This document shows positions 9,792-19,679 of a stretch of 39,712 nt of DNA, piece by piece (positions within the stretch are counted from its first letter, which is position 1; each line of letters opens with the position of its first letter). The notes under the pieces were generated by a model. That model saw only the letters and a list, made by a program, of their open reading frames with translations, was not told where the DNA came from and ran no database searches. The DNA is from an uncultured Clostridia bacterium (GTDB taxonomy: Bacteria; Bacillota; Clostridia; Christensenellales; Pumilibacteraceae), in assembly GCA_947385185.1 (NCBI GenBank), contig CANDJX010000001.1, positions 1-39,712 on the forward strand, in the 5' to 3' direction. A program made the translations under genes and the position numbers.

Positions 9792-10505
9792 TCATACGAA
9801 AATTTCGTTTATAAGTCCGAGGAAGCGTTCTTCGGTCAATTCCATTCCTTCGTCCGCGGTACCGACCTCCTCGACGTCGACATAATATCTGATTTCGCCT
9901 ATATCGAAACGGGCAAACGCGTGAATATGCGACTCGTCCTCGCGGAGCTCGTATTTTATGTTGTTCCCCGCCGCGACAATCGTTTTACCGAGATTGCTAT
10001 ATTCGGTTTCGCCAAAATAATCGTAATCGGGCGATAATACGATGTCATAACTCAGAAAGAAATACTCGTCTCCGCTCATAAGCAAACAATTGGATATAAA
10101 ATATGCCAATAACACTCTGTCTTCTTTATCTTCATCGGAATATATTTTATCCACCCGGTCTATCTGTATATTATCCGAAATGTCCGGCAAATAGATGCGT
10201 TCGTCGCTTTGCACTTCTTCGAGGGTCGTTCTTTCGGCTAAGCCGCTCGTAGCGCCGTAACGCTTCGGCGGCTTAACGGAATAAATTATACAAAACATCA
10301 CGAGCAAAGCCACGATAACAACGAGAGTCGCCGAAAAGCAAACGCGCATAACCAACGCTCCGTCGCCTGCCCGAACGCTTTCGACGCGGGAACCGCGCGA
10401 CGTATCGAGCGGAACATTATGCGCCGCCGCCCAGTCGCCGAAGGACTCTTTCGGGGCTTCGCAATCTTTTTTTATCGCTTTGCGTAATTTTCTTTCCAGA
10501 CTCAT
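9792..10505 (-). CDS. Single-pass membrane protein, anti-sigma-factor-like
   Basis: Layout is ~55 aa cytoplasmic N-terminus, one TM (VCFSATLVVIVALLVMFCIIY), then a ~160-aa extracytoplasmic domain. It is the last gene of the ECF sigma cassette. No zf-HC2 motif is visible. Confidence 0.45.
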   Translation of the reverse strand: MSLERKLRKAIKKDCEAPKESFGDWAAAHNVPLDTSRGSRVESVRAGDGALVMRVCFSATLVVIVALLVMFCIIYSVKPPKRYGATSGLAERTTLEEVQSDERIYLPDISDNIQIDRVDKIYSDEDKEDRVLLAYFISNCLLMSGDEYFFLSYDIVLSPDYDYFGETEYSNLGKTIVAAGNNIKYELREDESHIHAFARFDIGEIRYYVDVEEVGTADEGMELTEERFLGLINEIFV

Positions 10506-10554
10506 AAATTCACTCGTGAAAAAATTTTTACAGATATTCGCGCGGCTTTCGTTC

Positions 10555-11469
10555 TCAATAAATATTTATCGAATATCCGTCGTCTACGGTGCAGAAGCCG
10601 CCCGTAAGCCGTACCGTTGTCAATAAATCGTATTCCGAAAATCCGGAATTGACGTGTAAGAACTTTTCTTCGCGGACAAGACTGCCCGCCGCATTGAAAA
10701 ACCTGTATACCGCATATCCGTATGCCGTAAGCGTATGCGCGCCGGTCGCTCTCGTATTTGTCATCGTCGCCGTGCCTCCGGAAACGATCAAATTCGTAAG
10801 CTCGAAACCATCGACGAATATAGTTACAAGTTTTCCGCTTTCAAGCGCGCTCTTATACTCGCTCTCGTTCAAAGCTCCGTTGTATACGCTCGAAATCGAC
10901 GCGGTGCGACCTTTACCCGAAACATACGACTGCATACCGGATATGTATCCGCTTACGGAAGTTCCCATGCCCGTACCCGTACCCATTGCGGCGGCAAGCT
11001 CGAGAAACATAGCGTCCACCTGCGCGTTTTGCGGTCTGTAGATATACCTTCCCCCGAGCGAGATACCGGAATGATTGGGGATCAGCTCGTCATACAGGCG
11101 GTCGAAATGTCCGATTACCGCACCGCCCGCCGTGACGGCGCAACCGTCCGAAACGTTTTCCGCGATATACGGCGGCAAAGAGTAAGGGTTTTTATATTCC
11201 TCGGTCTCGACGCGGCTGTAAGACACCGTTTCGGTGTACGTATTCGTTATCGTCCCGCCCAGCGGCATAATGCCCGACGCGGCGTAAGTTTTTTCATTCG
11301 TTTCCGTTTCGGCGGCGAACGCTTCGCTCGCTCGCGGTAAGGTCATCGTTCCGACGCAATTAAGCGCGACGAGCATAAGGGCGAAAACGATCGCAATAAA
11401 AAACGTGCCTGCAAATTTCTTTTCCATTTGTTTTAATCTCCCGAAAATTTTGCTATTTTCCTTCTTCAT
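10555..11469 (-). CDS. Secreted papain-fold cysteine-peptidase-like protein (C10/C39-like)
   Basis: Signal/anchor FAGTFFIAIVFALMLVALNCVG...ASEAFA. A candidate catalytic Cys lies in SDGCAVTAGGAVIGHF and a candidate His in GAHTLTAYGYAVY, the pattern seen in streptopain/C39-like folds. This assignment is from memory of those motifs only. Confidence 0.4.
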   Translation of the reverse strand: MKKENSKIFGRLKQMEKKFAGTFFIAIVFALMLVALNCVGTMTLPRASEAFAAETETNEKTYAASGIMPLGGTITNTYTETVSYSRVETEEYKNPYSLPPYIAENVSDGCAVTAGGAVIGHFDRLYDELIPNHSGISLGGRYIYRPQNAQVDAMFLELAAAMGTGTGMGTSVSGYISGMQSYVSGKGRTASISSVYNGALNESEYKSALESGKLVTIFVDGFELTNLIVSGGTATMTNTRATGAHTLTAYGYAVYRFFNAAGSLVREEKFLHVNSGFSEYDLLTTVRLTGGFCTVDDGYSINIY

Positions 11470-11591
11470 TTATCCCTTCCATTATATAGACGGAAAAGAA
11501 AGGCAAAAAAGCTCGTCATTTTTCGAATTATTCAAAATATGTCTGATTTTTTACAAAATTGTCACAAAGCCGTCACCCGATAACCTCTATG

Positions 11592-12107
11592 CTATACGTT
11601 TTTCAGATAAAAAGCCAGTCTTGACCGTGAAGATATTATATCGCGCTTGACCGTACTCAAAGAGATCCCGAGGTCATCGGCGATCTCGTCGTAATTATAT
11701 CCGTAAGCATAGTGTAAAAGGAGTACCATGCGCACGCGCCTGTCGAAATGACTGAGCGCTTCGCCGAACTCAAGCGACCTTTCGAGCTTCGGATCACAAA
11801 TCGCGTTATCCACGATTTCGTCGTCGACAATCACGATATTGTTCTGCCTGATATAATCCACGACCGCATTTTTCGCCGCCGAGTACATCCAGGCGTTCGG
11901 ATTGTCGATATACCCGTACTTGTCCGCGTTTTCGAAAATACGGCACATCAGATCGGACGCCATATCCTCGGCAACGTCCTCGTCCCGTATCATTGCCAGA
12001 ACCGTAGTTCGCAATCGTTTGTAATAATGCTTGTAAAAACGCGCCATGCCGCGACTGTCTTTATCTCGTATCATGCGCAAGCAGTCGTTAAATTCCTTTG
12101 CGGTCAT
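11592..12107 (-). CDS. ECF-type sigma-70 family RNA polymerase sigma factor
   Basis: Region-2-like DNPNAWMYSAAKNAVVDYIR and region-4 HTH YDEIADDLGISLSTVKRDI. I prefer the ATG at 12107 (GGAAAAGG upstream). The track start 12170 has its SD directly abutting the ATG. Confidence 0.8.
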   Translation of the reverse strand: MTAKEFNDCLRMIRDKDSRGMARFYKHYYKRLRTTVLAMIRDEDVAEDMASDLMCRIFENADKYGYIDNPNAWMYSAAKNAVVDYIRQNNIVIVDDEIVDNAICDPKLERSLEFGEALSHFDRRVRMVLLLHYAYGYNYDEIADDLGISLSTVKRDIISSRSRLAFYLKNV

Positions 12108-12199
12108 TACCTTTTCCTTCGGATAAAAACAATACGGAATCGCTTTTCGTCGGCGCAAAACGCCGACCATCTCCCTTACCCTTACTTTTCTTTATTTTC

Positions 12200-12228
12200 A
12201 TTTTACAATATTTCGGGCGATATGTCAA
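12200..12228 (-). promoter_or_regulatory. sigma-A type promoter upstream of the ECF sigma gene
   Basis: The minus strand reads TTGACA (12228-12223), a 17-nt spacer, then TAAAAT (12205-12200). Confidence 0.55.
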
Positions 12229-12298
12229 CGATTTGCGATTTTTTCCGCTTTTATCCGACTTAATTCCCCGCCGACCGACATTTAAGACATATACGACA

Positions 12299-12327
12299 CA
12301 AAAAAATCGCCGATTGTTTCGACGATT
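12299..12327 (-). terminator. Rho-independent terminator of the two-component operon
   Basis: The minus strand reads AATCGTCGA-AACAA-TCGGCGATT (one mismatch) followed by TTTTTTTG. Confidence 0.6.
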
Positions 12328-12343
12328 TTACATAATTTTACAT

Positions 12344-12373
12344 TGTGGATAACTTTCGTGGATTTGTGGATAA
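12344..12373 (+). promoter_or_regulatory. Two perfect DnaA boxes (TGTGGATAA) in direct orientation plus a degenerate one between them
   Basis: TGTGGATAA at 12344-12352 and 12365-12373, with CGTGGATTT between them. The site lies between the HK stop and its terminator. Confidence 0.65.
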
Positions 12374-12415
12374 CTCCGTTTTCCGATTCAAGCCCGCCCG
12401 AGGCGGAAATTACTT

Positions 12416-13981
12416 TCATTCTTTTTCGGCGAGCGGAAGTTCGAACCAGAAATTGCTCCCCTTGCCCTTTTCGCTCGCAACGCCGTAAGTCGCCCCGTGC
12501 AGATCGAGAATGGATTTTACGATACTGAGTCCGAGTCCGGAACCGACCACGCGGCGTTTGTCCTGCAGAAGCCTGTAGTACTTGTCCCATACGGTGGAAA
12601 GTTCCTCCTCCGTCATGCCCTTTCCGCTGTCTATAACTTCGACGCGCGCCGACTGTCCTACCGCGCGGCACCGCACCGTAACGGTTTTGTCCTCTCCGGT
12701 ATAGTTCATCGCATTGCCGAGCAGGTTGTATATTACGCGGTCTATGCGATCGCCGTCGGCGCGTACGAGCAGGCGGCGGGCTATGTCCGTTTTGAACACA
12801 TACCCCTTCGTTTCTTCCATTATGCCGAAGTTATGCACGGTCGCGCGCAATTTCGCCGCAATATCCACGGCGCTTTGGTGCAGTTCGAGCACGCCGGCTT
12901 CGAGCTTGGAAAGCTCTATGACCTCGGTTATGAGTGACGTAAGCCGATCGGTTTCATCGATTATGATCTGCGCCTGTTTGGCGCATTTTTCCTTGTTTCC
13001 GCCGGATATGTCGCGTATCATTTCGCTGTACGCGCGGATCATTGTAAGCGGTGTTTTCATATCGTGCGACACGTTCGCAAGCAAGTCGCGGCGGAAACGG
13101 TTGTTGCTTTCCACGTCGTCGAACGCCTTGTTGAACGCCGCGCTGAGTTCGTTTATTTCGCTGAGCTTTGTGTTCGTTGCGAGCGGAGCGCGCCTTTTCC
13201 CGCGCGAATCGTGCATTACGCGCACGGTAAGTTCGCGCATCGGGCGGGCGGCGATGCCCGAGCCGAAATACGCGACGAAGACGCTTATCACCAGACAAAG
13301 CGCGGTTATGACCGCAAGCTGTCCGACGAGAGTATTGCGCGCCTGACCGAAGGACGGCAACGCCGACGAAACGTAAATGAATATCTCCTCTCTGTCGATC
13401 ACCGTGCAAAAGCCGTAAACGACGATATCCGCGGCTATGCCTTCCGCGTTAAGCGTATTCGTGACGAACCCCTCGTTATACCCCGTCAGGCGTCCGAGAT
13501 AATAGTCGAGAAGCGCGCTGTCCAGTCCGCCCACGGTCACTCCGGCATTAGGCGTGGCGGCGTAGCGCACGGTCGCGTCCCCGACGTCGTTCAGCGTAAA
13601 GACGACGACGTCCACGCCCTCCTCGGTCGCGAAATTGTCTATATAATTCCCGATAGCGTTCGGGTTTTTGAGTGAATAATCGATATACCCCTCGGAAAGC
13701 CGCTGTCCCGCCGCCGCGATCTCGTTCTCCTGAAAATACACGTAAAGCGTGGAATAGAAAATAAGCTCGTATATCCACATGATGGCAAGCATCGCCACGG
13801 TCATGAACACGAACGTAAGCCACAGATTGAAGCGTATGGATCTGAAACGCGGAAAATGATGATACCGTCCGAGTACCACCCGTTCCGTTTTCGCCCGGGT
13901 TTTTTCCTGTTCGGGCGAAAAAACAAGCTCGTGCATTCCACCCGGCTTGTCCTTTTCGTTTTGCTCGCTTACGTTTTCCAT
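12416..13981 (-). CDS. Sensor histidine kinase (two TM segments, HisKA + HATPase_c)
   Basis: H-box VSHDMKTPLT, N-box NLLGNAMNYT, G-boxes DSGKGM and GSGLGLSIV. Confidence 0.9.
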   Translation of the reverse strand: MENVSEQNEKDKPGGMHELVFSPEQEKTRAKTERVVLGRYHHFPRFRSIRFNLWLTFVFMTVAMLAIMWIYELIFYSTLYVYFQENEIAAAGQRLSEGYIDYSLKNPNAIGNYIDNFATEEGVDVVVFTLNDVGDATVRYAATPNAGVTVGGLDSALLDYYLGRLTGYNEGFVTNTLNAEGIAADIVVYGFCTVIDREEIFIYVSSALPSFGQARNTLVGQLAVITALCLVISVFVAYFGSGIAARPMRELTVRVMHDSRGKRRAPLATNTKLSEINELSAAFNKAFDDVESNNRFRRDLLANVSHDMKTPLTMIRAYSEMIRDISGGNKEKCAKQAQIIIDETDRLTSLITEVIELSKLEAGVLELHQSAVDIAAKLRATVHNFGIMEETKGYVFKTDIARRLLVRADGDRIDRVIYNLLGNAMNYTGEDKTVTVRCRAVGQSARVEVIDSGKGMTEEELSTVWDKYYRLLQDKRRVVGSGLGLSIVKSILDLHGATYGVASEKGKGSNFWFELPLAEKE

Positions 13982-14000
13982 CTTCCGGATAATTCCCGCG

Positions 14001-14660
14001 TCAGAGCACGAGTTTATAGCCTACGCCGCGCAAAGTGAGGATCTTGTCGCGGTAAGGTCCGAGGTTGGACCTCAGCATCTTTATGTGCGTGTCCACCGTG
14101 CGATCCTCGCCGAAGAAATCGTAGCCCCATACGTCGGCAAGCAGTTGCTCGCGCGGGATGGCGATTCCGGCGTTTTTGACCAGATAAAAGAGCAGATCAT
14201 ACTCGCGCGGGGTAAGATAAACTTTCTCGCCGTCCACGTATACCGCTCTGCCCGCAATGTCGATTTCGAGTCCGTCGGACACTACTTTTTTGCTCGCGCT
14301 CTTTCCGCGGCGAAGCACCGCGCCTATGCGCGCGACCACCTCTTTGGGCGAAAACGGTTTCGTGACATAATCGTCCACGCCGATTTCAAACCCGAAAAGT
14401 TTGTCGTATTCTTCCGAACGCGCCGAAAGCATGATGACGGGCACGTCCTTTTCCTTTCTTATTTCTTTGACCGCGCTGTAGCCGTCGAGCTTGGGCATCA
14501 TGACGTCCATGATAATTATATCGTAATCGCCTGCCTTGGCTTGCTTTATCGCGTCCATGCCGTCCACTGCCTCGCCTATTTCGTAACCGTCAAGTTCGAG
14601 ATATTCGCGGAGTACGTCGCGTATCCCCTTCTCGTCGTCCACAATCAGAATTTTTGCCAT
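14001..14660 (-). CDS. OmpR/PhoB-family response regulator
   Basis: MAKILIVDDEKGIRD...MDVMMPKLDG receiver domain and a C-terminal winged helix (LTPREYDLLFYL...RGVGYKL). Confidence 0.92.
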   Translation of the reverse strand: MAKILIVDDEKGIRDVLREYLELDGYEIGEAVDGMDAIKQAKAGDYDIIIMDVMMPKLDGYSAVKEIRKEKDVPVIMLSARSEEYDKLFGFEIGVDDYVTKPFSPKEVVARIGAVLRRGKSASKKVVSDGLEIDIAGRAVYVDGEKVYLTPREYDLLFYLVKNAGIAIPREQLLADVWGYDFFGEDRTVDTHIKMLRSNLGPYRDKILTLRGVGYKLVL

Positions 14661-14700
14661 TTTTCAGGTTTGCCCCCTTTTTCGATTTGTATTTACGCGC

Positions 14701-15648
14701 TTATGCGACAAGCGCGGCTATTCCCGTGACGGCATATCCCGCGGCAAGAGCAATCGCCACAAGCGCGCCGGTCACGGCTATGTTTTCTTTTAAGTTCTTA
14801 TTATCCTTGAACAGAACGGCGATACCGAATCCCGCGTTGACCGTCAGTCCCGCCACCGCGGCGCCGAGAGTCAGCGATCCGCCGGCAAACATTTCGGTGA
14901 TCATAACGCTGGCGGCGCAGTTCGGGATCAATCCGACAAGTACGGCGAAAATCGGCTGTATGTACGTTCCTTTCGCCATAAAATCCGCAAAAACCTCGTC
15001 GCCGCCCGCCGAAAATATAACAGTACCGAGCGCAAAGTTGACAAAAAAGACAAAAAGCGTTATAGTAATGGTATGAATCACGGGGTGCTTGAAGTATTTG
15101 TCGAATATCTCCGCCGCCCCACGGCGTTTTTCGCGTACGGCGTGCTCCTCATGATCATGATCCTCGTGTCCGTCGCCGCCCGGAGTATGCCCGCAACAAC
15201 CGTGATCGTGCGGCATTTCCGCTTCGTCGTAAACGCTCAGTTCCCTTTTACGGAACGCGAAATTGAAAACGTATCCGACGACGAGAGCAAGCGCAACCTT
15301 CGCTCCGACGAGCAGTCCGAGCTTTGACCATACCGACGGATCGGCCACCGAACTGCCGAGCAGAATGGGGAGAGCTTCGTCGCTCGTTGCGATAAACACC
15401 GCGAGAAGCGTACCGATACGGATATATTTTTTGGAATACAGTTCGCTTGCGACGACCGAAAATCCGCATTGCGGCAACAGAGCGACTCCCGTGCCGACGA
15501 GCGGCGCGAGTCCGCCGCGAAGAGCGCCGCTGCGCTTGATACCGTTCAGCTTCCCCGACTCGAACAAGCCGATGAGCATATGAACGAGAAATAAAAAAGG
15601 GATCAATAAAGCGGTATCTTTTAACGAATCGAGAAGTACGTCCGACAT
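14701..15648 (-). CDS. Polytopic permease with a His/Cys-rich loop, putative metal transporter (ArsP_2-like)
   Basis: Pseudo-repeat motifs LPQCGFS and IPNCAAS in TM regions. The central loop is HDHGCCGHTPGGDGHEDHDHEEH. The family name is recalled from memory. Confidence 0.5.
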   Translation of the reverse strand: MSDVLLDSLKDTALLIPFLFLVHMLIGLFESGKLNGIKRSGALRGGLAPLVGTGVALLPQCGFSVVASELYSKKYIRIGTLLAVFIATSDEALPILLGSSVADPSVWSKLGLLVGAKVALALVVGYVFNFAFRKRELSVYDEAEMPHDHGCCGHTPGGDGHEDHDHEEHAVREKRRGAAEIFDKYFKHPVIHTITITLFVFFVNFALGTVIFSAGGDEVFADFMAKGTYIQPIFAVLVGLIPNCAASVMITEMFAGGSLTLGAAVAGLTVNAGFGIAVLFKDNKNLKENIAVTGALVAIALAAGYAVTGIAALVA

Positions 15649-15802
15649 TTCCTGTCCTTATATTTTATTATAACTTTCGCCGTATGTCAAGTTTTTTTCG
15701 GTTTCGGTATATACTTAATATATATTTAAGAATAACGAATTATATTTAATATACGGCATATTTTGAAAAAGCCCGAATAAAAACACGGTTTCGGAGGAAT
15801 TT

Positions 15803-17416
15803 ATGAAAAAAACCGGGAAAAAAATAATCGCGCTCGCGCTCGCCGCCGCGCTTATGACTACCGTCATGCTTACGGCGTGCTCGTGCAGCCGGTATAAACA
15901 CGATACGTTCGACTATGACGAGCTCGAATACCGCCGTCCGAACTATGCGGCGCTCGACCGGGCGTTCGAAAAGGCGGACAGATACGTAAACGGCAGCGCA
16001 ATGCAGCTCGTCGACGCGTTGAACGAAGTCAGCGACGGACTGAACGAAATGTCTTTCGCTTATTCGTACGTTTCGATCGAGTACAACAAAGACACCGTGC
16101 GTTGGCGCGACGATTATCTGACCCTTTCCGCAAAATATAACGAGGCGTTCCAGAAGTATTACGATATAATATACAAAGTCCTCGAAAGCGATAATTCGTC
16201 GCTGCTCGACGGCTGGAGCGAAGAAGACAAAGCGTTCATCCGCGACCGTCACGAGGTCATGTCCGACGAATACGTCGCGCTTCAGAACGAAATCGACGGT
16301 CTTATCGCCGAATACACCGCGCTCGAGGGCGAAGAAAAGGCTTACGCCACGGCGGCCGCCGAAATCCTTATAGAGCTTGCGGCGAAAAACAACGAACTCG
16401 CCGCGCTCGAGGGGTACGACAACTACGTCGATTACGCTTACGAGTCGTACTACGAGCGCGATTATACCGTAGCGCAGGTCGAAGAACTCTGCGACGCGTT
16501 CAAAACCCATCTTTCCCCCCGGCTCGATTCGTACGTAACTGCGACGGGCGACCCGAACGAGAACTTTTACGGCTATGCGAACGACCTTTCGAGGGGCAAA
16601 GAACTCGTGCGCGAATATACGACCGAGATCGGAAAATATATGACCGAAGCATACGACTACATGGTAGAATGCAACCTGCATTACGAAGCGACCAACGCAA
16701 AGAATCCCAACGGCTACGGCGGCGCGTTCACGACCTTGCTGTACGGTTACGACGCTCCGTATATGTATCAGATGTGTTCGGGCGGATATAGCGACATTTC
16801 CACGTTCGTACACGAATTCGGGCATTTTACCGCGTTCTACAACCTCGGCAACACCGGGTCGGCTACGCTCGACATAAACGAGATACAGTCGCAGGCGAAC
16901 GAAGCGCTGTTCATGCCGTATTATAAACGGCTTTACACCGAGGAGCAGGCGGCGAAGATCGAGAAACAGGAGCTTTTCCGCTCCGTGTACTGGTCGGTGC
17001 TCATGGGCTGTCTGTTCGACGAATTCCAGCGCGAAATTTACCTCAGACCCGAGGTTTACGACACGCCCGAAGCCGTGAACGCGCTGTTCGCGAAACTGCT
17101 CGAGGACTATAACGCCACGGCGCTGTACTCGAAAACGCAACTGCAATATTGGTGGGCGGAAGTCCCCCACACCTTCCAGTCCCCGTTCTATTATATCAGC
17201 TACGCCGTTTCGCAGCTCCCCGCGCTTATCATCTACGAGGACTCCGTTTCAGACAGGAACGCGGCGATAACCGAGTATAATTATATCCAGAATTACGGCG
17301 ACGGAACTTATACGTTCAACGAACTTCTCGACCGCGCCGGAGTCGCTTCGCCGTTTAAGACAGAAACGATCTCGTCCCTCGCGGCGTTTCTCGACAGCCG
17401 TCTTATCGCGGCGTAA
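15803..17416 (+). CDS. Lipoprotein, M3-family (oligoendopeptidase-like) zinc metallopeptidase
   Basis: Lipobox MLTAC after the signal peptide, HEFGH zinc motif (VHEFGHFTAFY), GGAGG SD upstream. Confidence 0.75.
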   Translation: MKKTGKKIIALALAAALMTTVMLTACSCSRYKHDTFDYDELEYRRPNYAALDRAFEKADRYVNGSAMQLVDALNEVSDGLNEMSFAYSYVSIEYNKDTVRWRDDYLTLSAKYNEAFQKYYDIIYKVLESDNSSLLDGWSEEDKAFIRDRHEVMSDEYVALQNEIDGLIAEYTALEGEEKAYATAAAEILIELAAKNNELAALEGYDNYVDYAYESYYERDYTVAQVEELCDAFKTHLSPRLDSYVTATGDPNENFYGYANDLSRGKELVREYTTEIGKYMTEAYDYMVECNLHYEATNAKNPNGYGGAFTTLLYGYDAPYMYQMCSGGYSDISTFVHEFGHFTAFYNLGNTGSATLDINEIQSQANEALFMPYYKRLYTEEQAAKIEKQELFRSVYWSVLMGCLFDEFQREIYLRPEVYDTPEAVNALFAKLLEDYNATALYSKTQLQYWWAEVPHTFQSPFYYISYAVSQLPALIIYEDSVSDRNAAITEYNYIQNYGDGTYTFNELLDRAGVASPFKTETISSLAAFLDSRLIAA

Positions 17417-17438
17417 AAGTCAAAAATAAAAGGAAAAT

Positions 17439-17477
17439 AAGCAGGCGTTACTTTTCCGGTAATGCCTGCTTGTTTTT
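17439..17477 (+). terminator. Rho-independent terminator
   Basis: AAGCAGGC ... GCCTGCTT stem followed by GTTTTTA. Confidence 0.7.
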
Positions 17478-17538
17478 ATAATATGAAAAATAACCTTTCG
17501 GTTGTGATTTTTTACTTTTATAAGTTATTCTATAATAA

Positions 17539-18684
<1,146 letters not shown>

Positions 18685-18722
18685 TTTTTCGTATTGTTAT
18701 ATTGTGTTCAAATGTTTATTAT

Positions 18723-18851
18723 TGTGGATAACTTGTGGATAAATACTTAATATCGGGGAATAAACGCTAAAATTTTCCGATTGGACTTTTCAAGTTATCC
18801 ACACGAAAAACAATAAAAACCCCGCTGTTTTGTGCACATCGGTGTGGAAAA
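18723..18851. promoter_or_regulatory. DnaA-box cluster (three perfect boxes plus one 1-mismatch box)
   Basis: TGTGGATAA at 18723-18731 and 18734-18742 (2-nt gap), TTATCCACA at 18795-18803 (opposite orientation), TGTGGAAAA at 18843-18851. A ~100-bp extremely AT-rich block (18870-18979) follows. Confidence 0.7.
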
Positions 18852-18979
18852 ATTTTCGTACATTTTGGGTAATTAAATCATTACAAAATACTATATATTG
18901 TGCTTTTATGAATTATACACATTTCCACGCGGTATATTAATACATATAAATAAAAAATACATAAAATAAATAATAAACT

Positions 18980-19615
18980 ATGAGCAATACGGAAACATAC
19001 AAAAAACTTTACGACATACTTTCGGTGTATAACTCGAAATTCAATCTTACGGCAATCAAAAATTACGAGGATTATAAACTGAAACATATAGAGGACAGCA
19101 AACTCGGATTGCCTTTTGTAAACGGTAAAGTTCTCGATATAGGAAGCGGAGCAGGGTTTCCCGCGCTCGTGCTTAAAATAGAAAAACCCGAACTCGACGT
19201 AACGATGATAGACAGCGTGAGAAAAAAGGTCGATTATCTCAATTTTGCCGTAAATGAACTTGAACTGAAAAATATACGGGCTATACATTCGCGGGTCGAA
19301 GATCTGAAAGAAAAAGAAATTTTCGATACCGTAACGGCGCGCGCCGTGGCAAGACTCAACGTGCTTGCGGAATACGCTTTGCCGTTTGTGAAGATAGGCG
19401 GAGTATTCGTCGCATATAAAGCGGACGATTGCGAGGAAGAAATAAACGAGGCGAAAAAAGCAATAAAGACGCTCGGCGGAAAAATAGAAAAAGCGGAGAG
19501 TATTGCTCTGTCCGAAGACACGGTCAGAAAAATCATAGTCGTAAGAAAAATCGGAAGATCTCCGTCGGTTTATCCGAGGGGAGGAAACAAGCCGCGCAGC
19601 AATCCGATAGTGTGA
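18980..19615 (+). CDS. rsmG: 16S rRNA (guanine527-N7)-methyltransferase
   Basis: LDIGSGAGFPALVLKI SAM motif, ARAVA, and GidB-like length (211 aa). Confidence 0.9.
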   Translation: MSNTETYKKLYDILSVYNSKFNLTAIKNYEDYKLKHIEDSKLGLPFVNGKVLDIGSGAGFPALVLKIEKPELDVTMIDSVRKKVDYLNFAVNELELKNIRAIHSRVEDLKEKEIFDTVTARAVARLNVLAEYALPFVKIGGVFVAYKADDCEEEINEAKKAIKTLGGKIEKAESIALSEDTVRKIIVVRKIGRSPSVYPRGGNKPRSNPIV

Positions 19616-19627
19616 TTATTTTTTCAC

Positions 19628-19668
19628 TTGACATTATGATTAGATAGTGTTAAGATATTTGTGGATAA
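19628..19668 (+). promoter_or_regulatory. sigma-A promoter with a DnaA box over the predicted TSS
   Basis: TTGACA (19628-19633), a 17-nt spacer, TAAGAT (19651-19656). A perfect TGTGGATAA at 19660-19668 runs into the AAGGAG SD. Confidence 0.55.
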
Positions 19669-19679
19669 GGAGATTGTTT

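Noticed and set aside
15700-15760. dif/XerCD site in AT-rich intergenic DNA (also looked at 18890 and 22590)
   Set aside because: I found no match to the conserved TATATTATGT-type dif core. The presence of parB, parS and DnaA boxes argues for an origin-proximal rather than a terminus region.
15746-17170. 474-aa minus-strand ORF opposite the lipoprotein M3 peptidase gene
   Set aside because: It is a codon-aligned antisense shadow of a gene with clear motifs (lipobox, HEFGH). Its product is R/V/F-rich with no recognisable motif or SD. The frame stays open simply because TTA/CTA/TCA codons are rare in the sense gene.
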